From: an uncultured delta proteobacterium
GTDB taxonomy: Bacteria; Myxococcota_A; Polyangia; Polyangiales; B10-G4
Length of the DNA stretch: 64,000 nucleotides
Direction of reading: 5' to 3'
NCBI GenBank assembly: GCA_963727445.1
Contig: CAVSGI010000013.1
Span: 209,316 to 273,315, forward strand
Part shown: positions 42,219-51,863 of the stretch, piece by piece
Numbering within the stretch: the first letter of the stretch is position 1
Layout: every line of letters starts with the position of its first letter
Position numbers and translations under genes: made by a program
Notes under the pieces: model-generated
Database searches by the model: none
Told to the model about the DNA's origin: nothing
What the model saw: only the letters and a program-made list of their open reading frames with translations

Positions 42219-43940
42219 ATGGGGGAAGACGTGCGTTGGGAAGCGCCGGGGGAGGGCCCGTGGGAATTCGATGCGAGTCACTTCGACCGCCCGCTGGCGC
42301 GATACGGCTCGGAGCTCATCTGCGAGGGCTTCAGTCGGGGACAGGCGGCCTCGTTCGAACGAACCGGGGTGCCGATGAAGACCATCCGGGTCGGGCTGGT
42401 CAACGGCCTGCCCTTCATGCAGATCGTCCCCATCATCGGCAAGCCGAGCGACGCCTACAAGGCGCCGCCGCCCGCGTGGCTCTTCAAGATCGTCAGCGTC
42501 CTCCATCCGACCCTTCGCCGGCGCGCACGAACCCTCGACGAATGGGTCTGCAACAAGGGCTGGCGCGCCGATCTCGAGACGTGGGATCGCGAGCTGAAGC
42601 CTGGCCTCGTCGCGCGCTACCAGGCGCTCCAGGACGTCGACCTCGAAACGCTCTCGGACGAAGAGCTCGTCGATCACCTGGCGGAGTGCGGCCAGGCGAT
42701 CCTCGACAACATGTACGCGCACTTCCACACCAACCCGACCACGATCTTCCCGGTCGGGCTCTTCGTGCATCGCGCGATCGAGTGGAGCGGCTGTGCGCCC
42801 CTCGAGGCGCTCGCGCTCCTGGAGCATCACGACAGGTCTTCCTCGCCGGAGCGCGCGGCGCTCGCGGAGTGGACACGTGCCGCGCGCGACGACCGAGACG
42901 CGCTCCATGCACTGCTGAACGATGGCGCGACCCCTCCGATGGACAAGCTCGACGCTCTCCGCGGCCGGGACGATGCCATCGGCGAGGCGACGCGGACCTG
43001 GCTCGAGACCGTGGCCTACCGTCAGGTCGCCGCGGGCGACATCGCCAATCCCATCGGCATCGAGATGCCGGCGGCGCTCACGGCGCAGCTCGCCCGCGCC
43101 CTCGACGCCGAGGAAGCGGCGCCCACCGCCGTCGACGAGTCCGGCTTCTGGGCGAAGGTGCCAGAAGAGCACCACGCGGCGCTCGAAGCGCTCCTGAAGG
43201 AAGCGCGCCTGGTCTATCGCGTGCGCGACGAGCGCAGCGGCGAGCTCGACGCCTGGTGCATGGGGCTGACCCGCCGGGCGCTCCTCGAAGCCGGCGCGCG
43301 CCTCCACCGACTCGGGCGGCTGCTGGACGCGAAGCACGTGGTGGATCTCGCCACGGACGAGCTGCCGGCGCTCCTTCTTCGCGGCGAAGGGCCCGAGCCC
43401 GAGGAGGTGCGTGCGCGCACAGAGCAGCGGAGCTCCCTGCGGGTCGACAAAGCACCGAGCTTCCTCGGCGCCGACAGCCCGCCTCCGCCACCCCCCGCGG
43501 AGCTCTTCACCGGTCACGCGGCCGACCTGTTGGCCTCGATCATCACCTACCGCGCCCTCATGGAAGACTCGGCGCCCGAGCCTGCCGCGCCCAAGAAGGA
43601 CGTGCTCGAGGGGCTCGCCGCGAGCGCTGGGAGCTACACCGGCACGGCGCGGATCTGCACCGACCCCTCGCACTTCGGCGCGGTCGAGCCCGGCGACGTC
43701 CTCGTCGCCCGCGCCACCATGCCCTCGTACAACGTGCTGCTCCCCATCGTGGGGGCGGTGGTGACGGATCGCGGCGGCGCGCTCTGCCATGCGGCGATCG
43801 TGTCTCGCGAATATGGCCTGCCCTGCGTGGTCGGAACCCGCGACGCGACGCGACGCATCGAGGACGGAGATCGGGTCACGGTCGATGGCGACACGGGACG
43901 CGTCGTCATCGAAGAAAAGGCGATGGAGCGCGCGTCATGA
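42219..43940 (+). CDS. PEP-utilising enzyme family protein (PpsA/rifampin-phosphotransferase-like central region + phosphohistidine swivel domain, lacking ATP-grasp)
   Basis: Start trimmed to MGEDVRWEAPG. The C-terminus carries the PEP-utilising mobile domain (VTDRGGALCHAAIVSREYGLPCVVGT) with the catalytic His. No PPDK_N ATP-grasp in this polypeptide. Confidence 0.7.
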   Translation: MGEDVRWEAPGEGPWEFDASHFDRPLARYGSELICEGFSRGQAASFERTGVPMKTIRVGLVNGLPFMQIVPIIGKPSDAYKAPPPAWLFKIVSVLHPTLRRRARTLDEWVCNKGWRADLETWDRELKPGLVARYQALQDVDLETLSDEELVDHLAECGQAILDNMYAHFHTNPTTIFPVGLFVHRAIEWSGCAPLEALALLEHHDRSSSPERAALAEWTRAARDDRDALHALLNDGATPPMDKLDALRGRDDAIGEATRTWLETVAYRQVAAGDIANPIGIEMPAALTAQLARALDAEEAAPTAVDESGFWAKVPEEHHAALEALLKEARLVYRVRDERSGELDAWCMGLTRRALLEAGARLHRLGRLLDAKHVVDLATDELPALLLRGEGPEPEEVRARTEQRSSLRVDKAPSFLGADSPPPPPPAELFTGHAADLLASIITYRALMEDSAPEPAAPKKDVLEGLAASAGSYTGTARICTDPSHFGAVEPGDVLVARATMPSYNVLLPIVGAVVTDRGGALCHAAIVSREYGLPCVVGTRDATRRIEDGDRVTVDGDTGRVVIEEKAMERAS

Positions 43941-44893
43941 AGAAGTGGGACGGACAGCACCTGACCGATTTCCTCGGGACCTCCGCGGCCGTCGCGTGGG
44001 CGGTGAAGGTCGGGCTGATCGAGCGCCTGGCCGACGGCGCCCAGCCTCTCGGGTCGCTCGCGAAGGAGCTCGAATCCGACGCGAAGGCGCTCGACGTCAC
44101 TCTCGGCGTCCTCGAATCCGTCGGCCTCGTACAGCTTCGGCAGGGGCAGGTGGCGCTCGGCGAGGAGGTGAGCGAAACGCTTCAGGCCGAGCCGGGGGCC
44201 GCGCGCGCGCACCTCGCCCTGTGGCGCTCCCTGGGGGACTTCGTGAAGAGCGGGCGCTCCGCCTTGCCCACCGATGGCGCGACCCGCGACGGCGTCTACG
44301 CACACGTGGTCCGTGCCCTCGAGCGCCGCTTCTCGTCGTCAGCCGACGCGCTGGCGGACGCGCTGGGCCCCGCGGACGGGCCGATCCTCGACGTGGGTGC
44401 GGGGAGCGGCGTGTGGAGCCTCGCCATGGCGGCGCGCGACGAAGCGTCGACCGTCACCGCCCTCGATGGACCGGAGACGGCCGAGGTCTTCCTCGGGCGC
44501 GCGCGGGACCGAGGGCTCGGCGAACGCGCCGACGCGCTGGTCGGCGACTACCACGAGGTACCGCTCCCCGAATCGCACTTCGCTCGCATCGTGATGGCCA
44601 ACGTCCTGCACCTGGAATCGCCACAGCGCGCAGCGTCGCTGGTCGCGCGCGTTCGGCCGGCGCTTCGGCCGGGCGGATCGCTGGTGGTCGTCGACGCGAT
44701 TCGAGACGCGGATCCTGCGAATGCGCAGACCGTCGCGGTCTATCGCCTTCATCTCACCATGCGCGTCGACGGCAGCGTCGTGCACCAGCGCGGGGACTTC
44801 GAGGGTTGGATGCGTGCCGTGGGGTTGGGCCGGATGTCGTGGCGCACCTTGCCCCTCGGAGGGATGTGGGCGCTCTCGGCGGAGGCGTCGTGA
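43937..44893 (+). CDS. class I SAM-dependent O-methyltransferase (family 2, with N-terminal dimerisation/wHTH domain)
   Basis: ILDVGAGSGVWSLAMA motif I; COMT-like overall layout; start overlaps the upstream stop (ATGA). Confidence 0.75.
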   Translation: MKKWDGQHLTDFLGTSAAVAWAVKVGLIERLADGAQPLGSLAKELESDAKALDVTLGVLESVGLVQLRQGQVALGEEVSETLQAEPGAARAHLALWRSLGDFVKSGRSALPTDGATRDGVYAHVVRALERRFSSSADALADALGPADGPILDVGAGSGVWSLAMAARDEASTVTALDGPETAEVFLGRARDRGLGERADALVGDYHEVPLPESHFARIVMANVLHLESPQRAASLVARVRPALRPGGSLVVVDAIRDADPANAQTVAVYRLHLTMRVDGSVVHQRGDFEGWMRAVGLGRMSWRTLPLGGMWALSAEAS

Positions 44894-45678
44894 TCCCGCT
44901 CGACAGCGCCAGCGACCCGGCGCGCTTCGGTGGCAAGGCAGCGGAGCTCTCGCGGGCGCTCGGCTCGGGGCTGCCGGTGCCGCAGGGCTATGCCCTCGAC
45001 GTCGAGATGGTGGAGGCCATCGTCGCGGGCAAGAGGCTCGCCCTCGCGGCGGACCAGCGTCGCTGGGCGGTGCGGAGCTCGGCGATCGGCGAGGACAGCG
45101 CGGGCGCGAGCTTCGCCGGGATGCACCTCACGAAGCTGCACGTGAAATCGGAGGGGCTCGCCGACGCCGTCCGCGAGGTGCACGCGTCCGCGCACACGCG
45201 CGCCGCGCTCGCCTATCGCGAGCGGTTGGGCATCACGGGGGCGCCGCGGATGGCGGTCATCGTCCAGGAGATGATCGAGGCCGAGGTCGCGGGCGTGCTC
45301 TTCACGCGTCACCCGATGACCGGCGCGCACGAGCGCGTGGTCGAGGCGAGCTGGGGGCTCGGGGAAACGGTGGTGTCGGGATTGGTGACGCCGGATCACT
45401 TTCGGCTGAGCCCGACGGGACACCTGCTGTCGAAGCGGGCGGGTCACAAGGACGTCGCGATCGTCTGGGACGAGGAGGGTGGGACGCGCGAGGAGGAGGT
45501 CCACCAGGCGCGGCACCGCGCGTTCTGCCTGAACGACGTGCGCCTGGCCGCCCTGTCGGCGCTGGCTCACGCGGTCGAGAGAGCGATGCCGGGCGAGCAC
45601 GACCTCGAGTGGGCCTTCGCCGCGGGCTCGGTCGATCCGCATCTTCTGCAGCGGCGGCCGATCACGAAGATGGGTTGA
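44890..45678 (+). CDS. stand-alone PPDK_N (pyruvate phosphate dikinase/PEP synthase ATP-grasp nucleotide-binding) domain protein
   Basis: GTG start overlapping the OMT stop (GTGA); FGGKAAEL...VPQGYAL, VAVRSSAIGEDSAGASFAGMH, MAVIVQEMIEAEVAGVLFTRHP, RVVEASWGLGETVVSG are hallmark PPDK_N motifs. Confidence 0.7.
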   Translation: MIPLDSASDPARFGGKAAELSRALGSGLPVPQGYALDVEMVEAIVAGKRLALAADQRRWAVRSSAIGEDSAGASFAGMHLTKLHVKSEGLADAVREVHASAHTRAALAYRERLGITGAPRMAVIVQEMIEAEVAGVLFTRHPMTGAHERVVEASWGLGETVVSGLVTPDHFRLSPTGHLLSKRAGHKDVAIVWDEEGGTREEEVHQARHRAFCLNDVRLAALSALAHAVERAMPGEHDLEWAFAAGSVDPHLLQRRPITKMG

Positions 45679-45708
45679 GGCGGAGGAGGGGCTGTTAGAG
45701 TCCGCCCG

Positions 45709-46350
45709 ATGACGGACCTCTCCACTTTCTTCCGCGAGCGCTACGTCGCGCTCTTCAACCGCGGCGTCACGCTTCTCGAAGAGCGGGCTGCGGAAGGCCC
45801 GGAGGCCCAGCGCGCGCTCGACGACGTCAAGGCGGCGCGCGGCACCAGCCGCCTTTGCTTCGAGCGCGAGGACGGCGATGCAATCGAGATCTGGCTCGCC
45901 CTCGAAGAGGGTGTGATGTCCGCCGCCGACGCGCGCCCCGAGGACATGCCGATGCGCCTCTCGGTGGTCATGCCCAAAGAAGCTGCGGAGCTCTGGGTGG
46001 CCGAGCTCGAGAAGCGGGAAGAGCTCGACTCCGACGAGGCCGCCGTGCGCGTCGCCCGCGGGGTGAGCGGTGAGCTCGAGGAGGCCATCGGCGACGAATC
46101 CCTCGACTTCGAGCTGATCCTCGTGGACACGCCGGACTTCGAAGAGGTGCGCGTCAAGATTGCGCTCCACGCCGAGACGCCTCCAGAGCGGCCCACCTTC
46201 ACGGCGCAGGTTCGATGGGACGACCTCGCGTCCATGCGCGAGGCGGGGCAGAACCTCCAGCAACTCATGATGGGCGGCAAGCTCAAGCTCGGCGGCGACT
46301 ACACGCGCGCCATGCAGGTGGCGATGGAGCTGATGCAGAAACGCCGGTGA
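45709..46350 (+). CDS. SCP2 sterol-carrier-like domain protein
   Basis: C-terminal QQLMMGGKLKLGGDYTRAMQVAMELM matches the SCP2 signature (f.sGklkieGdm.lamkl). Confidence 0.6.
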   Translation: MTDLSTFFRERYVALFNRGVTLLEERAAEGPEAQRALDDVKAARGTSRLCFEREDGDAIEIWLALEEGVMSAADARPEDMPMRLSVVMPKEAAELWVAELEKREELDSDEAAVRVARGVSGELEEAIGDESLDFELILVDTPDFEEVRVKIALHAETPPERPTFTAQVRWDDLASMREAGQNLQQLMMGGKLKLGGDYTRAMQVAMELMQKRR

Positions 46351-46408
46351 TTATCGCGAAGGAAACGAAATCGACCCCTGTGGCCCGATTGACATAAACT
46401 CCCCCGAG

Positions 46409-46925
46409 ATGACCCGACTCAGATTGGCCGGGCTCGCAGCCGCGGGCGCCATCGTCCTCGCAGGCTGCCCCGGAAGCCTGCAGAACCCAGAGCGCTTCGG
46501 CTCGGGAACCTGCGACGGGGAGATGGTGCTCGCCCAGACTTGTGGGTCGAACCCGATCTGCCACGACGCCGATGCGCCACAGGGAGGGCTCGAATCTCGC
46601 GAGCCCGGGCGTGGCCAGCCGCGTGATCGACGTGATGCCGAACCTGTGTACGACGAGCAACGTCTACGTCGACTCGACCAACCCCTCAGCGAGCTTCATC
46701 CTCGAGAAGATCAATCCGTCTCCCGGCTGCGGCGAGCAGATGCCGCCGAGCTCTTTCGGGGAGACGCCGCTGACCGCGACGCAGATCGAATGCATCACCA
46801 GCTGGGTGACGGAGATCACGGGCGGCGGTGGCGGTGACGCGGGCGCGGGCGATGGCAGCGCGGGCGACGGCAGCGCCGGGGATGCCGCGACCGATGCGGC
46901 GGGCGGCGACGGAGCGATGCCATGA
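46409..46925 (+). CDS. small lipoprotein, hypothetical; apparent frameshift near 46590
   Basis: Signal MTRLRLAGLAAAGAIVLAGC in ORF 46409..46837; continuation (SNLASPGVASRVIDVMPNLC...GGGGDAGAGDGSAGD) in ORF 46542..46925. Confidence 0.4.
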
Positions 46926-48587
46926 AGCGCGCTTCGCTCTTCGTCGTCTCGACCCTCGGCCTCCTGTGTCTCGCCAGCGCAGCCCAGGCGCAGTCGCGGG
47001 TGGTGGTGCTCGATTTCAGCGGCCCGCGCTCGGGTGCGATCCGCGCTCAGATCGTTCGCGGTCTGTCGAGTCACTCCGAAGTCGAGCTGGTTCCGTCGGC
47101 GCAGGCCGGCTCGCCCGACACCGCCTCGGACTTCGCCAGCGTCGCCTCCGATCTCGGCATCAAGGTGTTCATCGGCGGCCGCGTGGTGCGGCGCGGGCGA
47201 CGTTTCTCGGTGACTGTCGTCGCGCGCGACAGCACCGGCTCCGAGATCCACCGCGAGCGCTACCGCGCCCGCAACGCCGGTGGCCTCGGCCGCAACGTTC
47301 GCAACAACGTGTGGGACGACTTCGGCGGCGCGATCGAGTCCGCGCCGGAGCCCGCTGGCGGCGGTGGCGGTGGTGATGACTCGGGCGGCGGCTCCGGCGA
47401 ATCGGGCGGCGGCGGGCCCGCGCTCAACGGTCCGGTGGTCGTCCTCCCCTTCGACGGCCCCGGCGCCGGCCGCGCGCGAAGCCGCGTGGTGTCGGCTCTG
47501 GAGGACGCGGGCGTCGAGCTCGTGCCCAAGGAAGAGGCCGAGGGGCGGGGCGACCTGGATGAGGCCCGCGGGCGTCTCGCGGTGGCGCGCCACCTGGGGG
47601 TCGCGGCGCTGGTCTCGGGCGAGGTCGAGCGCGAAGGTCGGAGCTACACCGCGACCGTGGTGGTCTACGACGGCCGCGATGGCGAAGAGAATCGACTCCG
47701 CAGAGTTCGAGGGGCGCACCGCCAACGCGCTTCTTTCGTCCATCGAGTCTTCGCTCTGGGACGAGATCGGCGCGTACGTCGCCGAAGGCGAGATCCCCGA
47801 GGCAGGCGGTGACGAGGACGGCGATGACGGCGACGAGGGTTGGTCGGGCCCGAGCGGTCCGCTGCCCTCGCCGCTGACGCTGATCGCCGAGTTCGCCGGA
47901 TTCGGCCGCCAGTACAGCTACAACGACGACCTCTTCGGCGCGCTGCGCGCCTACAGCCTCGGCTTCGCGCCGATGGTCGGCGCCAAGCTCTACTACTTCC
48001 CGGCCGCGCACTTCACGAACAGCTTCGCTGCCAACATCGGCATCGACGCGCGCATCGAGACCGCCTTCGGCGTCAAGAGCCAGGACTCGGCGGGCCAGGA
48101 GTTCCCCACCTCGATGTGGGGCTTCGGCCTGGGCGGGCGCGTGCGCATCCCCATCGGCGACCACTACCTCTCCGCGATCGTCGGCTACGGCGCGCAGAGC
48201 TTCCGCATCGAGGCGATCAGCCCGACCATCCCCGCGCCCGACGTCCCCGACGTCGACTACGGGTTCTTGCGCATCGGCGCGGAGATGCGGCTGGTCTTCG
48301 GCGTGTTCGTGACCGAGCTGAAGGCGTCGCTCCTGCCCCTGTTGAGCTCCGGGCAGCTCGGCTCGAACGAGTGGTTCCCGCGCACCACCGGCGGGGGGAT
48401 GGAGGCAGGCCTCGTCCTCGGCGTGCTCGTCACCAATTGGTTCGAGGTCCGCGCAGGCTTCGAGTACCGCCGCTTCTGGTTCTCGATGAACCCGGAGCCA
48501 GGCGACACCTACGTCGCAGGCGGCGCCCTCGACAGCTACTTCGTCGGCAACATCGGCCTCGGCCTGCACTGGCCCGGCTCGAACTGA
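46922..48587 (+). CDS. outer-membrane beta-barrel-like protein with duplicated N-terminal periplasmic modules; apparent frameshift near 47690
   Basis: Signal MKRASLFVVSTLGLLCLASAAQAQ. Repeated module (RVVVLDFSGPRSGAIRAQIVRGL...VELVP and PVVVLPFDGPGAGRARSRVVSAL...VELVP). C-terminal half (ORF 47280..48587) is rich in alternating aromatic/hydrophobic beta-strand patterns. Confidence 0.5.
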
Positions 48588-48591
48588 GGGG

Positions 48592-49302
48592 TCACTCGTC
48601 GAGCAGGCCTTCGCCGCCGAAGCGGCTGAGGTAATCGCGAAGGGTCTTCCCGTCTTCGTCGGTGAAGGTGTCGCTGAGGGCCTCGGCCTTCTTCATGCGG
48701 TCGACGCGGAAGGTGCGGAAGTCTTCGCGGAGCTCGCACCAGGCGGTGAGGGTCCAGGTGCGGCCCCAGAAGAAGAGGCCGAGGGGACGCACGGTGCGCG
48801 ATGAGGTGTCGCCGTCGGGCTTCTCGTAGTCGATGCGGAGCTTGTTCTGTCCGGCGGCGGCGCGGCGGACGGCGCTGAGGGTCTCGGAGTCGGCCTTGTC
48901 GTCGTCGCCGAAGCGCAGGGCGAAGAGCTTGGACTCGCGCAGCAGGGGGCGCAGCCGCTTGGGCAGGACCGCCTGGACCTTGGACAGGACCTGGTCGGCC
49001 GCCTTGGCGAGGCGCTCGTCGCCGTGGCGGCGGACGATGCGCGCGCCGAACACCAGGGCCTCAATCTCTTCCGCGTCGAACATCAGCGGTGGCAGGTCGT
49101 AATCGCGCCGGAGCTGGTAGCCGACGCCGGCCTCTCCTTCGATGGGCGTGCCCGACGACACGAGGTCGCGCACGTCCCGATACACCGTCCGCTCCGAGAC
49201 CTCGAGCTGCTCCGCGAGGAAGCGGGCCGTCACCGCCCGCCGCCGTCCCCGAAGGAGCTGGATGATCTGGAAGAGTCGGTCGGCGCGTCGCATGCGGGGC
49301 AT
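48592..49302 (-). CDS. YafY-family transcriptional regulator (HTH + WYL domain)
   Basis: N-terminal HTH (RADRLFQIIQLLRGRRRAVTARFLAEQLEVSERTVYRDVRDL); WYL-domain region (RIDYEKPDGDTSSRTVRPLGLFFWGRTWTLTAWCELREDFRTFRVDRM). Confidence 0.8.
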   Translation of the reverse strand: MPRMRRADRLFQIIQLLRGRRRAVTARFLAEQLEVSERTVYRDVRDLVSSGTPIEGEAGVGYQLRRDYDLPPLMFDAEEIEALVFGARIVRRHGDERLAKAADQVLSKVQAVLPKRLRPLLRESKLFALRFGDDDKADSETLSAVRRAAAGQNKLRIDYEKPDGDTSSRTVRPLGLFFWGRTWTLTAWCELREDFRTFRVDRMKKAEALSDTFTDEDGKTLRDYLSRFGGEGLLDE

Positions 49303-49364
49303 GCTAACGCCGTGGGTCAGGGTTCATGGGGAGATTGTGGCGCAGGGGTGCTGACGGCGTTGTG

Positions 49365-50573
49365 TCAGGAGGGTAGCCCGAAGACGTCGACCTCCAGACA
49401 GTTTGGACAGACGTCATCGCGCCGAAACGGACGACCCAGTCGCTCCGTGGTGGCACCGCAGTGGAGGCAGGACGCCAGATAAGTCAGCGGCCTCAATTCC
49501 GCCCCTTCGAGGGCTTCGTCCAAGAGGATTTCTTGGCCGGTCACTTCTACTCCCGTGGGAGCTTGCTCGAACAAGGGTGCACCACACGCGAGACAGAGCG
49601 CCATTCGGCTCGCAACCCCGTGGCGCGAGGCGCCGCACTTTCGGCAGGTCGTGACCATGCCGCTTCGCACGGCGTGTTCCTGCCGCTCGAAGTCCACCAG
49701 CGACCGAAAGAGAGCGAGACCGACATCACGCCCCCGTCCCCAGGTCGCTCGGTCGTTGTCGCTGAAGTGCAACATCGGTAGCGGCTGCGACGCGCGCGCA
49801 TACCGCGCGACGTCTACCTCGTCTCGCCTCGCAAACGCCACCATCCCGAGCCACTCGCTCACAATCGTGCGCGCGATGAGGCGTTCGTGGTCGAAGGACG
49901 CGCCCTGCCACGAGTACGCGAGCCACGCGGCGGCGTCGGCGATGCGCTCGGCGGTGCGTGACAGGTGCGCCGCCTCCTCGCTCGACTCGTCCGTCAAGAG
50001 CACGGCGGCGTGGGCGGCGCCGGCGCGCCTTCGCGTCTCGGCGATGCGCGCCTCGTCTTTTCCCGCCCACTCGGCGTCACGGCGCGCGTCGTCCGCACGC
50101 TCGCGGAGCGCGAGCGCCGCTTCCGCCGCCGCGTCGCGGTCCTCCACGCCCGCCTCGGCAATCGCGCGCAGCTCGGCGGGCGGATCGTCGCCCCACGCGC
50201 GCACCACCCGCCGCACCAGCACCGGCACCGTCGTCGCCGCGAGATCCTCGAGCGCCTTCGAGACGTCCGCCGTCCAAAGCACCCGCCGGAGCTTCGCGCA
50301 GCGCTGCCCGACGCCCACCGCCACCTCGCCCTCGAGCTCCACCGCGCAGACGATCGGCGTCTCGCCGTAGGCGAGCGCATCGAGGAGAAGCGCCGACGCG
50401 TGGAGGCCGCTCCGGCCGGGCTCGAGCGGCCCGTCGTAGGTGTCGAAGTCCCCATCCGCGGGCGCTCCCCGAAGGAGCCGCTCCCGACCCGGACACCACC
50501 ACGCACGCTCGACGGCCTCGGACATGGCCTCCCGATGGTACCGTCCGAGTGCCGTGATGTCCGGCGCACGCAT
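49365..50573 (-). CDS. hypothetical protein with two C-terminal CxxC...CxxC zinc-ribbon motifs
   Basis: 402 aa; Cys pairs CRKC...CLAC and CLHC...CPNC in the last ~90 residues; helical Ala/Arg/Glu-rich N-terminal ~300 aa without recognisable motifs. Confidence 0.5.
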   Translation of the reverse strand: MRAPDITALGRYHREAMSEAVERAWWCPGRERLLRGAPADGDFDTYDGPLEPGRSGLHASALLLDALAYGETPIVCAVELEGEVAVGVGQRCAKLRRVLWTADVSKALEDLAATTVPVLVRRVVRAWGDDPPAELRAIAEAGVEDRDAAAEAALALRERADDARRDAEWAGKDEARIAETRRRAGAAHAAVLLTDESSEEAAHLSRTAERIADAAAWLAYSWQGASFDHERLIARTIVSEWLGMVAFARRDEVDVARYARASQPLPMLHFSDNDRATWGRGRDVGLALFRSLVDFERQEHAVRSGMVTTCRKCGASRHGVASRMALCLACGAPLFEQAPTGVEVTGQEILLDEALEGAELRPLTYLASCLHCGATTERLGRPFRRDDVCPNCLEVDVFGLPS

Positions 50574-51107
50574 ATGGCGCGTCGCGACCAGCGTCGCGCT
50601 TCTTCTGACCTGCGCTTGCGGTCACGCCGGCACTGCGCCCGCGGCGACGACCACCACCGCGCGTTCGCAGCCCGCGCCATCCTCGATCCGCGCATCGGTC
50701 GTCTGATGCGCCGTCTCGAAGTCCTCGCGGATACCGCCGAATCCGCCGCGGCGCTCACGAGCGGAATCCGTCCGGGCCGCTATCGAGCGCTCGCCCCGAT
50801 CCCCGAAGACCTCGCGCTCTCCTCCGCGCTCCCAACGGCCTCTTCCCGGGTCGTGGTCGCCTCCCTCACCACGCTCAGGAGTCGGCCCGACGTCCTGGCG
50901 CTCTTCGGTCTCGCCACCGCGGAGGTCGAGACGCAGCTCCAAAGCGAAGGGCCAAGCTTGTACTGGACCGAGGACGCCTCCGGTCACCCGGCGATCCTCA
51001 TCGCAGCCGAGTCGGCGGAGGCGCTCGCTCCGGCCGCGCGCCGCTTCGCGACCTCGACCGCGGTCGGCGAACGCGGCTGGACGCCGATCGTGGAGCGAGT
51101 ACCGTAG
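50574..51107 (+). CDS. hypothetical protein (possibly a lipoprotein whose signal peptide lies in a neighbouring frame)
   Basis: ORF 50440..50706 encodes a good signal peptide (MSGARIWRVATSVALLLTCACG) but stops after about 50 more residues, whereas this frame continues for about 170 aa; possible further indel. Confidence 0.3.
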   Translation: MARRDQRRASSDLRLRSRRHCARGDDHHRAFAARAILDPRIGRLMRRLEVLADTAESAAALTSGIRPGRYRALAPIPEDLALSSALPTASSRVVVASLTTLRSRPDVLALFGLATAEVETQLQSEGPSLYWTEDASGHPAILIAAESAEALAPAARRFATSTAVGERGWTPIVERVP

Positions 51108-51113
51108 ACGCCG

Positions 51114-51432
51114 ATGAGCTATCGCAATCCCCTCGAAGCCGCCCAGGCGCGCATCGCGCAGCTCGAAGCCCAGGTGGCGGAGCTGATGAAAGCGTCGAGC
51201 GAGAACGAGAATCGCGCGTCAGAACCTGCGCGCCGACCTCGCGATGCAGGAGCTCGCCGCCGAACGGCGGGTCGCGGAGCTCACGGCGACCGCCGAGGTC
51301 GAGGAGATGCAGGCCCGCGAGACGACACGCACCGAGCGCATGGTCCTCGAGGCGAAGGTCCGCACGCTCGAAGCGCAGCTCGAAGCCGCGCACGCCGTCA
51401 TCGAACGCTTGAAGCAGAAGCGCGGCGGCTAG
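51114..51432 (+). CDS. small coiled-coil protein with apparent frameshift
   Basis: MSYRNPLEAAQARIAQLEAQVAELMKASSENENRASEP in one frame joins ...AELTATAEVEEMQARETTRTERMVLEAKVRTLEAQLEAAHAVIERLKQKRGG in ORF 51244..51432. Confidence 0.35.
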
Positions 51433-51676
51433 AGCACATCTCGCTCGACGCGGCGAACGACGCGTGCCCTGGCGGACCGCTCTCCAACCCGCCGCGCGGT
51501 GCGACCAACTTCGGTCCGCCGGATCGGTGAAGCACTTTCCCCGGCCCAAAGAAAGCACTTCGGCGGCCAACGAGTCGCAACGTCGCCCGCAACGCCGCGA
51601 GAAATGACCGCCATGTGGTCACAAGCTCGGCGTCGGCCGCAGCACGTCGCCACCAACCTCGTCCCGCCTCTCCGGA

Positions 51677-51850
51677 CCGCTCTCGCACCCATCGCGCGTT
51701 GCCCTCGACTTCGGTCCGCCCTCGCGGACCGCTCGCCGACCCATCGCGCGTTGCCCTCGACTTCGGTCCGCCCTCGCGGCCCGCCCGTCGACCCATCGCG
51801 CGTTGCCTTCGACTTCGGTCCGCGCTCGCGGCCCGCTCGCCGACGCCCGC
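51677..51850. repeat. three-plus tandem copies of a ~52-bp direct repeat (cgc[t/c]c[g/t]...cccatcgcgcgttgccctcgacttcggtccgccctcgcgg[a/c]c) in a convergent intergenic region; degenerate partial copies upstream (51490-51676)
   Basis: Copies at about 51677-51728, 51729-51780, 51781-51832 plus a truncated fourth; seen directly in the sequence. Confidence 0.8.
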
Positions 51851-51863
51851 GGCGGCTTCTAGC

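Noticed and set aside
51677-51850. Possible CRISPR array
   Set aside because: Repeats are directly contiguous (52-bp units with no unique spacers) and no cas genes are present; classified as a plain tandem repeat.
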